DNA of 64,000 nucleotides from a virus (Duplodnaviria; Heunggongvirae; Uroviricota; Caudoviricetes), in IMG/VR virus record IMGVR_UViG_3300029533_000034; one strand, 5' to 3'. Below, one piece after another: positions 19,672-29,127 of the stretch. The position numbers and the translations under genes are program-made. Within the stretch, counting starts at the first letter, position 1. Every line of letters begins with the position of its first letter. The notes beneath the pieces were generated by a model. The model did no database searches. It was not told the origin of the DNA and was given only the letters and a program-made list of their open reading frames with translations.

Positions 19672-20347
19672 ATGGAAGGATACGAATTTTATAAGAAAAT
19701 CAGAGAGGCTTTGCCGGAGAATTTTGTGGATTACCACGAGGGGAACATACCGGGTGCTGGAGACTTGTATGTTAAGAAAACCGCAGAGTCGGAAAAATTG
19801 GTCAGACAGTACGATTATTCATCAAGTGTATCTACTTTTGAAAGCCAGACGGAGCCGCTTGGTGTCTGGTATGAGATTTTCGGTGGATGGTGTGAGGAGT
19901 ATGAAGCTCGGTATCAGAAACTTCAAATCGAAAGCCTCCGCGCGGAAAACGTGACGCTTAAGGAGAAAAATGAGCATCTGCTGGATCACATGCGGCACGA
20001 GACGATTACCACAGAGGGAACCGTCTGCATTGAGGTAGTTTCCGGCAGACATTACAATTCCTGGGAAATTAACACCTCGTCCATCCTTACGAAGCTCATC
20101 CAGGAGGCAGGACGCTGGTGCGAAAGCTATGCATCCGATCTTTTCATCCGGTGGGGAGTAATCCAGAAGGGTCTTGAGAACGCAACGGTTGAGCCGGGAA
20201 AGCGGAGTGGATGGAAACCGTGAGTATAAGAATTACTCCGATGCTTACGGTTCTTACGGTTCCTGCGGCTATTACCGCGCTGTGTGGATTCTGGATATTT
20301 CCATTTTAGAAGACACAATTACCATGCAGTTGAGAAAGAAAATTTAA
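19672..20347 (+). pseudogene. Hypothetical protein with an apparent frameshift near 20195
   Basis: The ORF stops at 20223, but a shifted frame continues RESGVDGNREY...MQLRKKI to TAA at 20347, just before a terminator. Confidence 0.5.
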
Positions 20348-20749
20348 TCCAAAACCGTCGGAATTTCCGGCGGTTTTTCTTTGGATACTCTGGTATATCA
20401 CAGGTATACTTTACACACTGCTTCATCCATGGTAAGATAAAACCATCAAAAACAAACAGCGCAGGAAGCGCAGAAAGGAAATGAGTCATGAGAACAGTAT
20501 TTACAAACCTTGAATTGCATCGCGAACGATTACACTCTGCAGATGAACTCCATCTTGAAGAGTTAAAAGTTGTGCCTTGCAGTTTAATGCCGTAAGTACG
20601 CCCGGATCTTTTCTTTTCCGTGTATTACCGTTTCATTTTCTGCCAAGGCAGGGAATCGGAACGGTATTTTTATATGCAGAATTTTTTGAAAGTACCGTAT
20701 TACCGTTTTGGAGTAGTACGGTACTTTTGTATTTTGGGAGGAAAAGATC

Positions 20750-20971
20750 ATGCCAACAATCGATATGCAGGCAACAGGAGAGAACATTAAGAAAATAATA
20801 GCGGATAGCGGAATGGGTATCCAGAAAGTGCAGGACGCATTTGGATTCCGGACACCGCAGGCGATATACAAGTGGTACCGGGGAGCAGCGATGCCAACTG
20901 TTGACAACCTGGTGATTCTGGCATCGCTGTGCAAAGTCAAAATCGACGATATTATTATTATCAATAAATAA
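20750..20971 (+). CDS. XRE-family HTH regulator
   Basis: GENIKKII...TPQAIYKWYRGAAMPTVDNLVILA. Confidence 0.85.
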   Translation: MPTIDMQATGENIKKIIADSGMGIQKVQDAFGFRTPQAIYKWYRGAAMPTVDNLVILASLCKVKIDDIIIINK

Positions 20972-20975
20972 TAAA

Positions 20976-21050
20976 CGTTCCATCAAACTAACAGGAATAG
21001 GTGGCCGGCCTTTCAAGCCGGAGATGCGGGTTCGAGTCCCGTTGGGACGA
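20976..21050 (+). tRNA. tRNA-Glu(TTC)
   Basis: CGTTCCA/TGGGACG acceptor, CCGGC-CTTTCAA-GCCGG, GCGGG-TTCGAGT-CCCGT. Confidence 0.85.
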
Positions 21051-21054
21051 TTTT

Positions 21055-21126
21055 GGTCCGTTGGACAAAAGGGAAAGTCGCGTGCCCCTCAAGCACGAAG
21101 AACAGGTTCGATTCCTGTACGGATCA
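21055..21126 (+). tRNA. tRNA-Glu(CTC), atypical C33
   Basis: GGTCCGT/ACGGATC acceptor, CGTGC-CCCTCAA-GCACG, ACAGG-TTCGATT-CCTGT. Confidence 0.75.
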
Positions 21127-21191
21127 GTGTGTGTGTAGCTCAAATGGCAGAGCAGCGGATTGTGGTTCCGCTTGTTGCGGGTTCGAGTCCC

Positions 21192-21476
21192 GTGATACCT
21201 CACCGGGCAATAAAGAGCATTGGCCGGCGCTTCCCATTCTTTAGGGCCGGGAGTACCAGTGCCTACTGACAAACTATTACGCTGCTACAGGTTTAGCTCC
21301 CCGTCCCGCAGGACGGTTCACCACACAAGAGCTGCCAACAGGCAGGCGCGATATGGTATCTTCGACAACGGCAGGAACTTTTGCCTTGCCGTGCCACCAC
21401 CCCCTTACTGCCCTTGCGGGTTTATACGGGTGTGGATTTTATTTACAGTCACACAGGTTTACAGTTACATTTATAC
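21192..21476 (-). ncRNA. Putative TnpB omegaRNA scaffold
   Basis: GC-rich structured region 3' of tnpB. An internal GATACC can pair with the terminal GGTATC (pseudoknot-like). Confidence 0.6.
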
Positions 21477-22895
21477 TTAAGCGGCTTTTTCACCGCTGCT
21501 GTATAACAACGTCAAAAGGGTATCCAGTGTACGCATCGGCACCGGAGGGAGTTTCGGGCAGCCATCCAGCTTCTCATACTCCCGGAGGAAGAACCGTGCC
21601 CCGATGTTATACGATGCATTGAGATCACAGTTGTATATCTTCCCGTTCTGGAACTTACATACACTGTAGTTATACTTTTTGTTACCGTGTTCGTAGTGGT
21701 AAACACTGCGGCGGTTGGTGGTGCCGCTTCCGTCAAAGGCGTACTTTGAGGTGCCCCATGCACAGACGCGGGAGATCCGCATACCCATGCGGTGCGCCTG
21801 CAGCTCCACTCTGGACTGCACATCGTTGGCACGCCACATATGGATACGTTCGCGGTACTTTCTGCCTTTCTTTTTACCAGTAAAGTCAAGGTACTCGAAC
21901 ACGATGCAGTCCACATCGTATGCGACTGCGGTATCCATGATGGCTTTTGCCGTGTCAATGGACAGCTGCTGGTTGGCAGATGTGATGGCACGGTAGATGT
22001 TTTTGCTTTTCTTTCCCGCCTGCTGGTACATGCGCTTGCGGTTGATCCTGCGGTTCAGACGGTCTTCATCACGGCCGAGGTGGATGACACCCCTGGCATG
22101 GACAGTACCGTCTGCCGTAAGGACGGACCACGAAGCAGGTGCATTGATCCCGAGGTCTACCACAAGGATGCGGTATTTTAACGGGCATTCATTCTGCACC
22201 AGCTGGCGTTTCTCTTCAAAGCAGAAACGGACACGGTATTTCTCTTTGACTTTTTCCACCACCGGGGAAAGGAGTTTTCTTGTTTTTGACATCTTTGCGA
22301 TATACTCAGACTCGGACTTATTGATACGGAACGCGTACCAGTCCCACTTCGTGCCGTCATACAGTTTGAGTTCCATGACACCTTCACTGAAATTAAGCCT
22401 GCGCTCCTGCTTATAGAAAGTAAGCTCGTATATCGTTGGAAACCCCATCTTCGGTTCTGCGCCTCTTTCCGCAGGGGAAAGTGCCTCCCAGTTCTTATGG
22501 TTGGACTTGTATGAACGGACGATGCCTAATGCATCTGCAACGATTGCCCGCCTTGTGTATGACGGCATGTATGGAAACTTTTCGTCAAACTCCGGGTACT
22601 TTGCAATGCTGTCCTTTGTTGTATGGATCAGCACTTCACATCTGCTTTTCATCTCAAGGGACTGCAGACCTTTCAGATTTTCCCACTCTTTAAGGAATAA
22701 CTCTGCACAGAACTTTAATGCGTCAAGGCATACTTTCCTTGTAGCACGCATGAGCGATTCATCTACCCTGCGGCTACCGGTAACTTCGCCTTTTTCTGTG
22801 ACAAGCTGGCTTTTAATATCTACAACGTAGCAGGTATGGATCGTCATTGGTTTCGGCTGCGATGTTGCCTTTGTTGCTGTTTTCTGTTCTGCCAT
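21477..22895 (-). CDS. tnpB: TnpB-family RNA-guided nuclease
   Basis: RuvC-I VDLG, RuvC-II VFEYL and RuvC-III NCDLNAS all intact. GGAGG RBS and class B motif upstream. Confidence 0.9.
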   Translation of the reverse strand: MAEQKTATKATSQPKPMTIHTCYVVDIKSQLVTEKGEVTGSRRVDESLMRATRKVCLDALKFCAELFLKEWENLKGLQSLEMKSRCEVLIHTTKDSIAKYPEFDEKFPYMPSYTRRAIVADALGIVRSYKSNHKNWEALSPAERGAEPKMGFPTIYELTFYKQERRLNFSEGVMELKLYDGTKWDWYAFRINKSESEYIAKMSKTRKLLSPVVEKVKEKYRVRFCFEEKRQLVQNECPLKYRILVVDLGINAPASWSVLTADGTVHARGVIHLGRDEDRLNRRINRKRMYQQAGKKSKNIYRAITSANQQLSIDTAKAIMDTAVAYDVDCIVFEYLDFTGKKKGRKYRERIHMWRANDVQSRVELQAHRMGMRISRVCAWGTSKYAFDGSGTTNRRSVYHYEHGNKKYNYSVCKFQNGKIYNCDLNASYNIGARFFLREYEKLDGCPKLPPVPMRTLDTLLTLLYSSGEKAA

Positions 22896-23224
22896 CGGTT
22901 ATTCCTCCTTCCCTTTGTGGCTTATTTACCCTTACAGTATGTATATTGCGCCATTTAAAAAATCGTCAAAGGATTTTGGAAAGTTTTTTAATTTTTTTCA
23001 AAAAAGTTTACGGAAACGTAAAACAGCAGACAGAATCGCCAGAATACATGGGAAATACCTGCCCGAAAGAAAAGAAAAACAGCCTGAAACATGGCTGGTA
23101 ATTAAAATGACTTACTGACGGAAGCTTAGTGCTGTGCGGTACCCTTACAGGGTATCGCAGTCCCCGGGCGATTCCATCGACACAGGGCTTGCACACTTAG
23201 GGTCTTCGATCATGCACCTCATAT

Positions 23225-23306
23225 GCATCAGTGGCGGAAAGGCATACGCATGCGGTTTAAGCCCGCACGCCGGAATGGATTGAGGGTTCAAATCCCTCCT
23301 GATGCA
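23225..23306 (+). tRNA. tRNA-Leu(TAA)
   Basis: GCATCAG/CTGATGC, TGCGG-TTTAAGC-CCGCA, extended variable region. Confidence 0.8.
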
Positions 23307-23312
23307 CTTTTT

Positions 23313-23384
23313 CTCCGCATAGTTCAGGGGACAGAATACCAGGCTACGAACCGGGAGCCGCAGGTTCGATTCCTGCTGTGGAGA
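23313..23384 (+). tRNA. tRNA-Arg(ACG)
   Basis: CTCCGCA/TGTGGAG, CTACGAA loop, GCAGG-TTCGATT-CCTGC. Confidence 0.8.
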
Positions 23385-23389
23385 TTAAT

Positions 23390-23462
23390 GTCGGAATGGC
23401 GCAATGGAAGACGCGGGATACTCAAAATATCTTTCCTGCGGGTTCGAATCCCGCTTCCGACA
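23390..23462 (+). tRNA. tRNA-Leu(CAA) with short variable loop
   Basis: GTCGGAA/TTCCGAC, GGATA-CTCAAAA-TATCT, 5-nt variable loop. Confidence 0.8.
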
Positions 23463-23466
23463 CTAT

Positions 23467-23547
23467 GCCGGTGCATCCGAAAGGCACAGGAGCCTGCCCT
23501 AGAAGCAGGTGGCGAGCAGCTTGCGGGTTCGAATCCCGCCGCCGGTA
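23467..23547 (+). tRNA. Atypical tRNA, TAG anticodon on a Ser-like body
   Basis: GCCGGTG/CGCCGGT, CCTGC-CCTAGAA-GCAGG, C8 and C33. Followed by a terminator. Confidence 0.65.
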
Positions 23548-23589
23548 CTACAAAAAAAGAGGGAAACGATCCCTCTTTTTCTTGTGTTT

Positions 23590-24135
23590 TCAGCTATGTA
23601 CGGCAAACCTCTTTTCGATGTAGTTGTATACACGGATCTGGTTGCCATATTTTTCGGCAAGCTTAAAATTGGTAGCTGTACCACGGCTTTTTCCATCCCA
23701 GAAAGCAAGTGCTCCGCGGTTCGGGAAATGGGAGATAAAGCGGTGCATCTGTTCGTTCCGGACAGGTCCTGCTTTCTTCCCAAGATTGTCCCAGTCTGCC
23801 TCCATGACGATCAGATGGTAGCCGTGTTCCTTGGCGTAGCGTTCTGCCATCTGATCGGCACCTTTTGCGCCACCGGAAACAATTATGATTTCCTGTCCCT
23901 GTTTGGAGGATAAAGCTTTATCGACGATTTTTGAGAAAGTCTCGTAATCATCGTATGTCCGGCTTCCCACGATTAAACAGAAGAACGTCATGTGCTCATC
24001 AATTTCCATAGCATCTTCGTCTTCCCCTACCGGGCAGACGGTAGTGCGCCCGAGGGCGTGGTTCATGTCATCCATGGAAAAGATGCATGGTTCCACATAC
24101 TCCGGACAGGTTTTGTGGCTGCAGATAAACAACAT
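23590..24135 (-). CDS. SLOG-superfamily (YspA/DUF2493-like) protein
   Basis: IVGSRTY, VSGGAKGAD, AGPVRNEQM, AFWDGKSRGT. Confidence 0.85.
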   Translation of the reverse strand: MLFICSHKTCPEYVEPCIFSMDDMNHALGRTTVCPVGEDEDAMEIDEHMTFFCLIVGSRTYDDYETFSKIVDKALSSKQGQEIIIVSGGAKGADQMAERYAKEHGYHLIVMEADWDNLGKKAGPVRNEQMHRFISHFPNRGALAFWDGKSRGTATNFKLAEKYGNQIRVYNYIEKRFAVHS

Positions 24136-24136
24136 C

Positions 24137-24733
24137 CTATCTTTCCTCCTTTTCTCTGATTATATCCCCAATGGTATATTCCCCGTTTTCCAGTTTAACA
24201 TGGAACAGCTTCCGTGCAGAATAATCTTTGACGGTAATACTTTTGGCTTGAAATCCTTTTTCGATAAGGCGGGTCTGGATGATCTTGGGCAGTTCTTTCT
24301 TATCGCTGGCAATAAAACCAACGCATGGTTTCTGCATGGCACTGAATACAACATATCCGTTCCATGTAAAATCTTCCCATTCCTTCCTTAAAAACCGGTA
24401 CGTCTCAATTACAAGTGCGGCATTTAATTTTCCCATAAGGTACATTGCATCGTCACTCTCGCACAGAGTTTTCACGCTCCCAATGTGGATGGTTTCGTCC
24501 GCTTGTCCGGGATTTCCTGACAGATTTCCACGGATACGAAAATCAAGGTAAATCCCCTCATTTCCGCCGTAATCAATACTGATCTCTGGGGAGAACTGGT
24601 CAGACCGGATTTCCTGTTCGCGGGATGAAGCAAGAGAGTAATCAATGATTTCTTTGATGTCCGGGTGCTCGTCCAGTACGTTCTCTGTAATGGTGTCGAA
24701 AAATTCTTTTGTGGTGTATGGTTTCTTTCTCAT
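24137..24733 (-). CDS. Hypothetical protein
   Basis: Class A motif and GAAAGGAG before the ATG at 24733. Confidence 0.7.
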   Translation of the reverse strand: MRKKPYTTKEFFDTITENVLDEHPDIKEIIDYSLASSREQEIRSDQFSPEISIDYGGNEGIYLDFRIRGNLSGNPGQADETIHIGSVKTLCESDDAMYLMGKLNAALVIETYRFLRKEWEDFTWNGYVVFSAMQKPCVGFIASDKKELPKIIQTRLIEKGFQAKSITVKDYSARKLFHVKLENGEYTIGDIIREKEER

Positions 24734-25011
24734 AATATTTTCTCCTTTCGGTTTTAAAATTTGGTTTACATATTTAATATGAGATGGGAAAACTGTTCCA
24801 TTTTTTTCAGAGTGGTTAAAGGTTTCCCAAAAATAAAATAAAAAACTTTTCAAAATCCTTTGACGATTTTTCAAATGGCGCAATATGTGTATTGTATGGG
24901 TATAAAAGAACGCTTTACAAAATCCCAGCTGGCTGTACGGAAGGACATGATGTGTAAGAAAAACAGCGGTGTTAAGCGGGGGGAAAAGTAGGAGATATCT
25001 TTAAATTAAAA

Positions 25012-25374
25012 ATGGAGGTGACGGGTTTCATGGAAACAGATTGTATTATTGCCTTAATTGCGGGAATCATGGTTCTCGTAAGTGGGAGTGTTATAGGATT
25101 TTACTCATGGGATAAGGCATATGGTGGGCGGAATGTAATAACAGGTATTGGAGTGATGGTCCTGGGTGCTGTTCTAATAGCGGGTTCTTTTAGTGCAAAC
25201 AATTCTGCAAAAGAGCGAAAGGCTCGTGAGTCAGAAGTAGTGGAAAAATACAAAGAGGGAACCGATTTGTATATCAATGGCGTGAAAAAGGATAACATCG
25301 ACTTAAACGGTGTCAATCTGGATAACTACGACATTACTGTAGAGAAAGATAAGATCTACCTTAAAGAAAAATAG
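25012..25374 (+). CDS. Two-TM hypothetical membrane protein
   Basis: Two hydrophobic helices; class B motif upstream. Confidence 0.65.
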   Translation: MEVTGFMETDCIIALIAGIMVLVSGSVIGFYSWDKAYGGRNVITGIGVMVLGAVLIAGSFSANNSAKERKARESEVVEKYKEGTDLYINGVKKDNIDLNGVNLDNYDITVEKDKIYLKEK

Positions 25375-25411
25375 AAAGGAGAAACCGGGAAAATTCCGGG
25401 GTGAAGAGACT

Positions 25412-26206
25412 ATGTTAATGTATATTACAACTTCCGAAATGCTTGAGGAAGAACGTATGCAGGAAATTCTGCGCGCGGATACAAAGAAGGAAAGAAGGCT
25501 GTGTCTGTTCTGTAAAAAGGATGACACGTTTTCTTTTGAAGATGTTGCGGGGCTGCTTCCGGCAGCAAAGAAAATGGAAATCCTGCCAAAATGCTGTGCT
25601 TCGAGCGAAGATATGCTTTTACAGATTGGTATGATGGCAGCTCAGAAAAAGAACTCTGATTCCGTTTTTACGGTTCTGCCAACGGAAGAATTTGATGAGA
25701 CGCTTTCATTGTATGGAATCGAGAGATACGATGGGAAAACACAGAAAACGTCAACGGGGTCTGTAAAGAGACAGTCACGGAAGAGGAAGGAAAATGAAAA
25801 GCCGCGCGCTGTACAAACGATATCTGATTGTGACCCAATGATGGATACATCGATGAATCCGCCGGTTTCCCTTCATGTAAAAACTGATGAAAAGATTGAT
25901 CCGGCTGATGATTTAGCTGGTGAAGATATTCCGCGTCCAAGCATTCCGGATAATTCAACAGACCGGAAGATTTTTCTTTCTATTTTGGAAATGAAAGCAT
26001 CAGATGCTGGATTTGATGGAACAGATGAGAAATTTGCGCTTGCTATTGCAGATTGCATGGAACAGTTTGAAATCAACAAACGTCCACTCAAACCGGCAAT
26101 TTTTCAGAAATTCGGGGAAGAAAACGGAGAAAAGGTATACAATCAATTGAAAGAGAAGTATGTATATCTTGTTAATTCCCTTACCTGCAAAAAACAGGAA
26201 AAGTGA
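25412..26206 (+). CDS. Hypothetical protein
   Basis: 264-aa ORF co-oriented in an operon. Confidence 0.65.
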   Translation: MLMYITTSEMLEEERMQEILRADTKKERRLCLFCKKDDTFSFEDVAGLLPAAKKMEILPKCCASSEDMLLQIGMMAAQKKNSDSVFTVLPTEEFDETLSLYGIERYDGKTQKTSTGSVKRQSRKRKENEKPRAVQTISDCDPMMDTSMNPPVSLHVKTDEKIDPADDLAGEDIPRPSIPDNSTDRKIFLSILEMKASDAGFDGTDEKFALAIADCMEQFEINKRPLKPAIFQKFGEENGEKVYNQLKEKYVYLVNSLTCKKQEK

Positions 26207-26222
26207 TTTTACGGAGGAATTC

Positions 26223-27080
26223 ATGTTTGAACAAAATACATTGATTTTTGAAAAGACAGGAAAAGATACACAGGTTCCTGAATGTACGGGAATAAAAAGT
26301 ATTGATCAATTTCAGTTAAAAGAAAAAATCCACCATTTTGTTAAGAATAGTACAGATAAAGTGCAAGTGATCGTTGTCGATACGGAAGGCGATTTATTGT
26401 CATTAACAGACACGACGGATAGCAATATCATTTCCAGAGAAATTGGGGATGGAACTATTTTGGAATTGATTCCGTATTTTGGAGAGGATTTGACGCTTTC
26501 TATTTTAAGCAATTTGTCGTTTGTTGTTGCTTTGTGCGAACAGCTGTGCAACGAACCGATTTCGCCACGTTCCGTGAGCGTTATGAATATGGCGATAAAC
26601 AAGCTGTACGAACAAAAAAGGACTACCCCAAGTATGTGTGAGTATCTTAAAATATTGGGTATATCCAGAGACAACCCGGAAATTAATCATATTTGTGAAT
26701 GCATCAAAAGTGTATGCCGACCTGATGCGAAAAAAGTTTCAGGTATCTCCTTGAAGAAAAAACTTAATATTTATGATTTACATGCAGTTTCACAAACTGA
26801 CCTCGGTGCGGCTTATATTTTCTGTCTTTCGGATATTTTTCATCAAATTCAGAAAAATTATCCAAATGGCATTAGAACATGTGTATATTTAAACGGCGTG
26901 CAAAATTTACTTTCATTTGAAAGTAGCGCAGATGTTCTTGTAGGTATATTAAAAAGAGCACGGCCTTTCAACGCATGTATTTACTGCGAAGTTAGAAACA
27001 TGAGTGATTACATGGGGACATATGGCGGAGAGAGTTCAATGTGTTGTTTCTCTAACATTTTTGAACTCACAAAAAATTAA
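26223..27080 (+). CDS. Degenerate VirB4/TraE-like ATPase C-terminal region
   Basis: VIVVDTEGDL, RTCVYLNGVQNLL (Walker B-like position with DE lost), LKRARPFNA. No Walker A. Confidence 0.45.
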   Translation: MFEQNTLIFEKTGKDTQVPECTGIKSIDQFQLKEKIHHFVKNSTDKVQVIVVDTEGDLLSLTDTTDSNIISREIGDGTILELIPYFGEDLTLSILSNLSFVVALCEQLCNEPISPRSVSVMNMAINKLYEQKRTTPSMCEYLKILGISRDNPEINHICECIKSVCRPDAKKVSGISLKKKLNIYDLHAVSQTDLGAAYIFCLSDIFHQIQKNYPNGIRTCVYLNGVQNLLSFESSADVLVGILKRARPFNACIYCEVRNMSDYMGTYGGESSMCCFSNIFELTKN

Positions 27081-27166
27081 GTTGGTGTGCTATGGCACAT
27101 TTTTTAAAATTTCTTTGGATTACTTGACGGTTTCTAAAATGGCATAATATATATATCGTAAGAAAA

Positions 27167-27548
27167 AAACTGTGTTTCCTAATTGGAGGAAGAAATTAAA
27201 GGCTCGATTCCTTTTGCAGTTTAACTCTGTTCGAACGATACAAGAACAGAGATCTTATTTATTGTCCTCAATTTTTGGGCGGTTATCCGTCCGGCATCCA
27301 TCCGGTGGGGGGAGCACGGAATGTAAATTCTGTGTAGGGGTGGTTCGACTCCATCTGGATGTCATTCTGTAGGTCCCATATAAGCCTACAGAACTTTTCC
27401 TAATTACTTACATCCAACGCTGCTGTGGCAGGACATGTTTGTGTGTTGCGGGAATCAAAACCCGCCGTTGGTTTACTCACCAGGGAAATACATTTTCCGG
27501 AAACCTAAACCTTGCAACTATTTCCGGGTTCGACTCCCGGCTGGTGAG
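27167..27548 (+). ncRNA. Tandem of three tRNA-like modules (27167-27222, 27293-27364, 27476-27548) with intervening hairpins, in the clpX leader
   Basis: Each has an 8-bp closing stem stacked on a 5-bp T-arm with a (T/C)TCGA(C/T)T loop. Directly downstream of a class B motif. Confidence 0.65.
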
Positions 27549-27689
27549 CTCGGAGGGTATATGCTCTCCAAACAACCATTGACGATATGGCTTTTGGGAT
27601 TCCTCCGTCTGCAGATCCAGCTAATCTGCGAAAAGAATCCCTGTTTTTGAAGAGACTAAGAAAATATCAATACAGAGGAGAAGAAAGAA

Positions 27690-28952
27690 ATGGCAGAGAA
27701 AATTAAAAACGGAATTCGCTGTTCGTTTTGTGGAAAAAAGCAGGAACAGATTGACCGGATGATTTCGGGATCAAACGGTGCATATATTTGCAATGAGTGC
27801 GTGGATATTTGTAGGGGGATTCTGGATGAGGAATATGCCGGGATGAATGAGGCACTTGATCAGATTAATCTCATCAAACCGAAAGAAATGAAGGAATTTC
27901 TGGATGAGTATGTAATTGGTCAGGATCAGGCGAAGAAAGTCCTTTCTGTTGCGGTGTATAACCATTACAAGCTTGCGGTGTATAACCATTACAAGAGTGT
28001 TCTCGCAAGCAGGGATATCAATATTGAGTTACAGAAGAGTAATGTTTTGATGCTTGGTCCGACCGGTTCCGGCAAAACGCTTCTGGCGCAGACGCTTGCC
28101 CGCATCTTAAACGTACCGTTTGCGATCGTGGATGCAACCACACTTACGGAAGCTGGATATGTCGGGGAAGATGTTGAGAACATCCTTCTGAAACTGATCC
28201 AGGCGGCAGACGGTGATGTGGAACGCGCGCAGCATGGCATCATCTATATTGATGAGATTGATAAGATTACCAAGAAATCAGAGAATGTTTCCATTTCTCG
28301 CGATGTTTCCGGTGAGGGCGTCCAGCAGGCGCTGCTTAAGATCTTAGAGGGCACGGTTGCATCGGTTCCACCACAGGGCGGACGCAAGCATCCGCAGCAG
28401 GAAACGATCCCGATTGACACCACAAATATTCTTTTCATCTGCGGAGGGGCTTTTGACGGGCTGGAGAAAATTATCGAATCACGAATGGATACCTCTTCCA
28501 TTGGGTTTGGAGCTGATGTAAAATCAAAGACGGAAATTGATGTAAGTGATTTGTTTAAGCGTGCGCAGCCACAGGATTTTGTAAAATTTGGTCTGATCCA
28601 GGAGTTTATCGGCCGTGTGCCGGTTACCGTTTCGCTGGAATCCCTTGACCGGCAGGCACTTGTCCGTATTTTAAGGGAGCCGAAGAATTCGCTCGTAAAA
28701 CAGTATAAGAAACTTCTGGATTTGGACGGGGTTGCACTGAATTTTACTAAGGATGCCATCGGCATGATCGCAGATGAAGCATTACAGAGGAAAACCGGTG
28801 CAAGAGGACTCCGCGCGATCATGGAAGCCGTGATGTTGGATCTGATGTATCATGTGCCATCCGACGATTCTATAAAGGAATGTGTGGTTGATGCAGATAT
28901 GGTTGATGGTATTCTGCATGGAAACAAGGATTTGGAGAAACTTGCCTCATAA
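27690..28952 (+). CDS. clpX: ATP-dependent Clp protease ATP-binding subunit
   Basis: C4 zinc finger [29 protein letters not shown] loop, GARGL. Confidence 0.97.
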   Translation: MAEKIKNGIRCSFCGKKQEQIDRMISGSNGAYICNECVDICRGILDEEYAGMNEALDQINLIKPKEMKEFLDEYVIGQDQAKKVLSVAVYNHYKLAVYNHYKSVLASRDINIELQKSNVLMLGPTGSGKTLLAQTLARILNVPFAIVDATTLTEAGYVGEDVENILLKLIQAADGDVERAQHGIIYIDEIDKITKKSENVSISRDVSGEGVQQALLKILEGTVASVPPQGGRKHPQQETIPIDTTNILFICGGAFDGLEKIIESRMDTSSIGFGADVKSKTEIDVSDLFKRAQPQDFVKFGLIQEFIGRVPVTVSLESLDRQALVRILREPKNSLVKQYKKLLDLDGVALNFTKDAIGMIADEALQRKTGARGLRAIMEAVMLDLMYHVPSDDSIKECVVDADMVDGILHGNKDLEKLAS

Positions 28953-29127
28953 ACATATCAGTAATTAATTTAAGAAACCAATACACAAAGCGGTGGGTAT
29001 TCCATCGCTTTTCTTCAAGCAGGAAATTTAAAAAATTTCTTTCATTCTCTTTGACGATTTCCTATATGGCACAATATGTATGTTTTAAGAAGAAAACGAA
29101 AGAAATGATGGGAGGAGCACAAAAGAT

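Larger units (their letters stand above)
21192..23208 (-). mobile_element. IS200/IS605-family (IS1341-like, tnpB only) element
   Basis: Minus-strand right end GAAG-CGCCGGCCAAT..ATTGCCCGGTG-AGGTATCAC (subterminal hairpin plus TCAC). Boundaries uncertain by 1-2 nt. Confidence 0.7.
21129..23218 (+). pseudogene. tRNA-His(GTG) split by a ~2.0-kb insertion
   Basis: 21129-21193 has the D, anticodon (GCGGA-TTGTGGT-TCCGC) and T arms but no 3' acceptor strand. CATGCAC plus discriminator C at 23211-23218 pairs with 5' GTGTGTG and lies 6 nt before the next tRNA. Confidence 0.7.

Noticed and set aside
21427..21439. Anti-repeat (tracr-like) match between the TnpB 3' RNA and the CRISPR repeats
   Set aside because: Only about 11 bp with a 2-nt bulge, and the repeats look type I-C. 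Not enough to propose a Cas12f-like system.
21264..23119. TACTGAC direct repeat as the TnpB element boundary
   Set aside because: Only 7 bp; the hairpin plus TCAC end at 21192 and the split tRNA fit better.
21194..23210. Self-splicing group I/II intron (IStron) restoring tRNA-His
   Set aside because: No convincing P7 or domain V motifs on the tRNA strand, the junctions do not fit U/omega-G or GUGYG rules cleanly, and tnpB is antisense to the tRNA, unlike known IStrons. An IS605-type right end explains the boundary.
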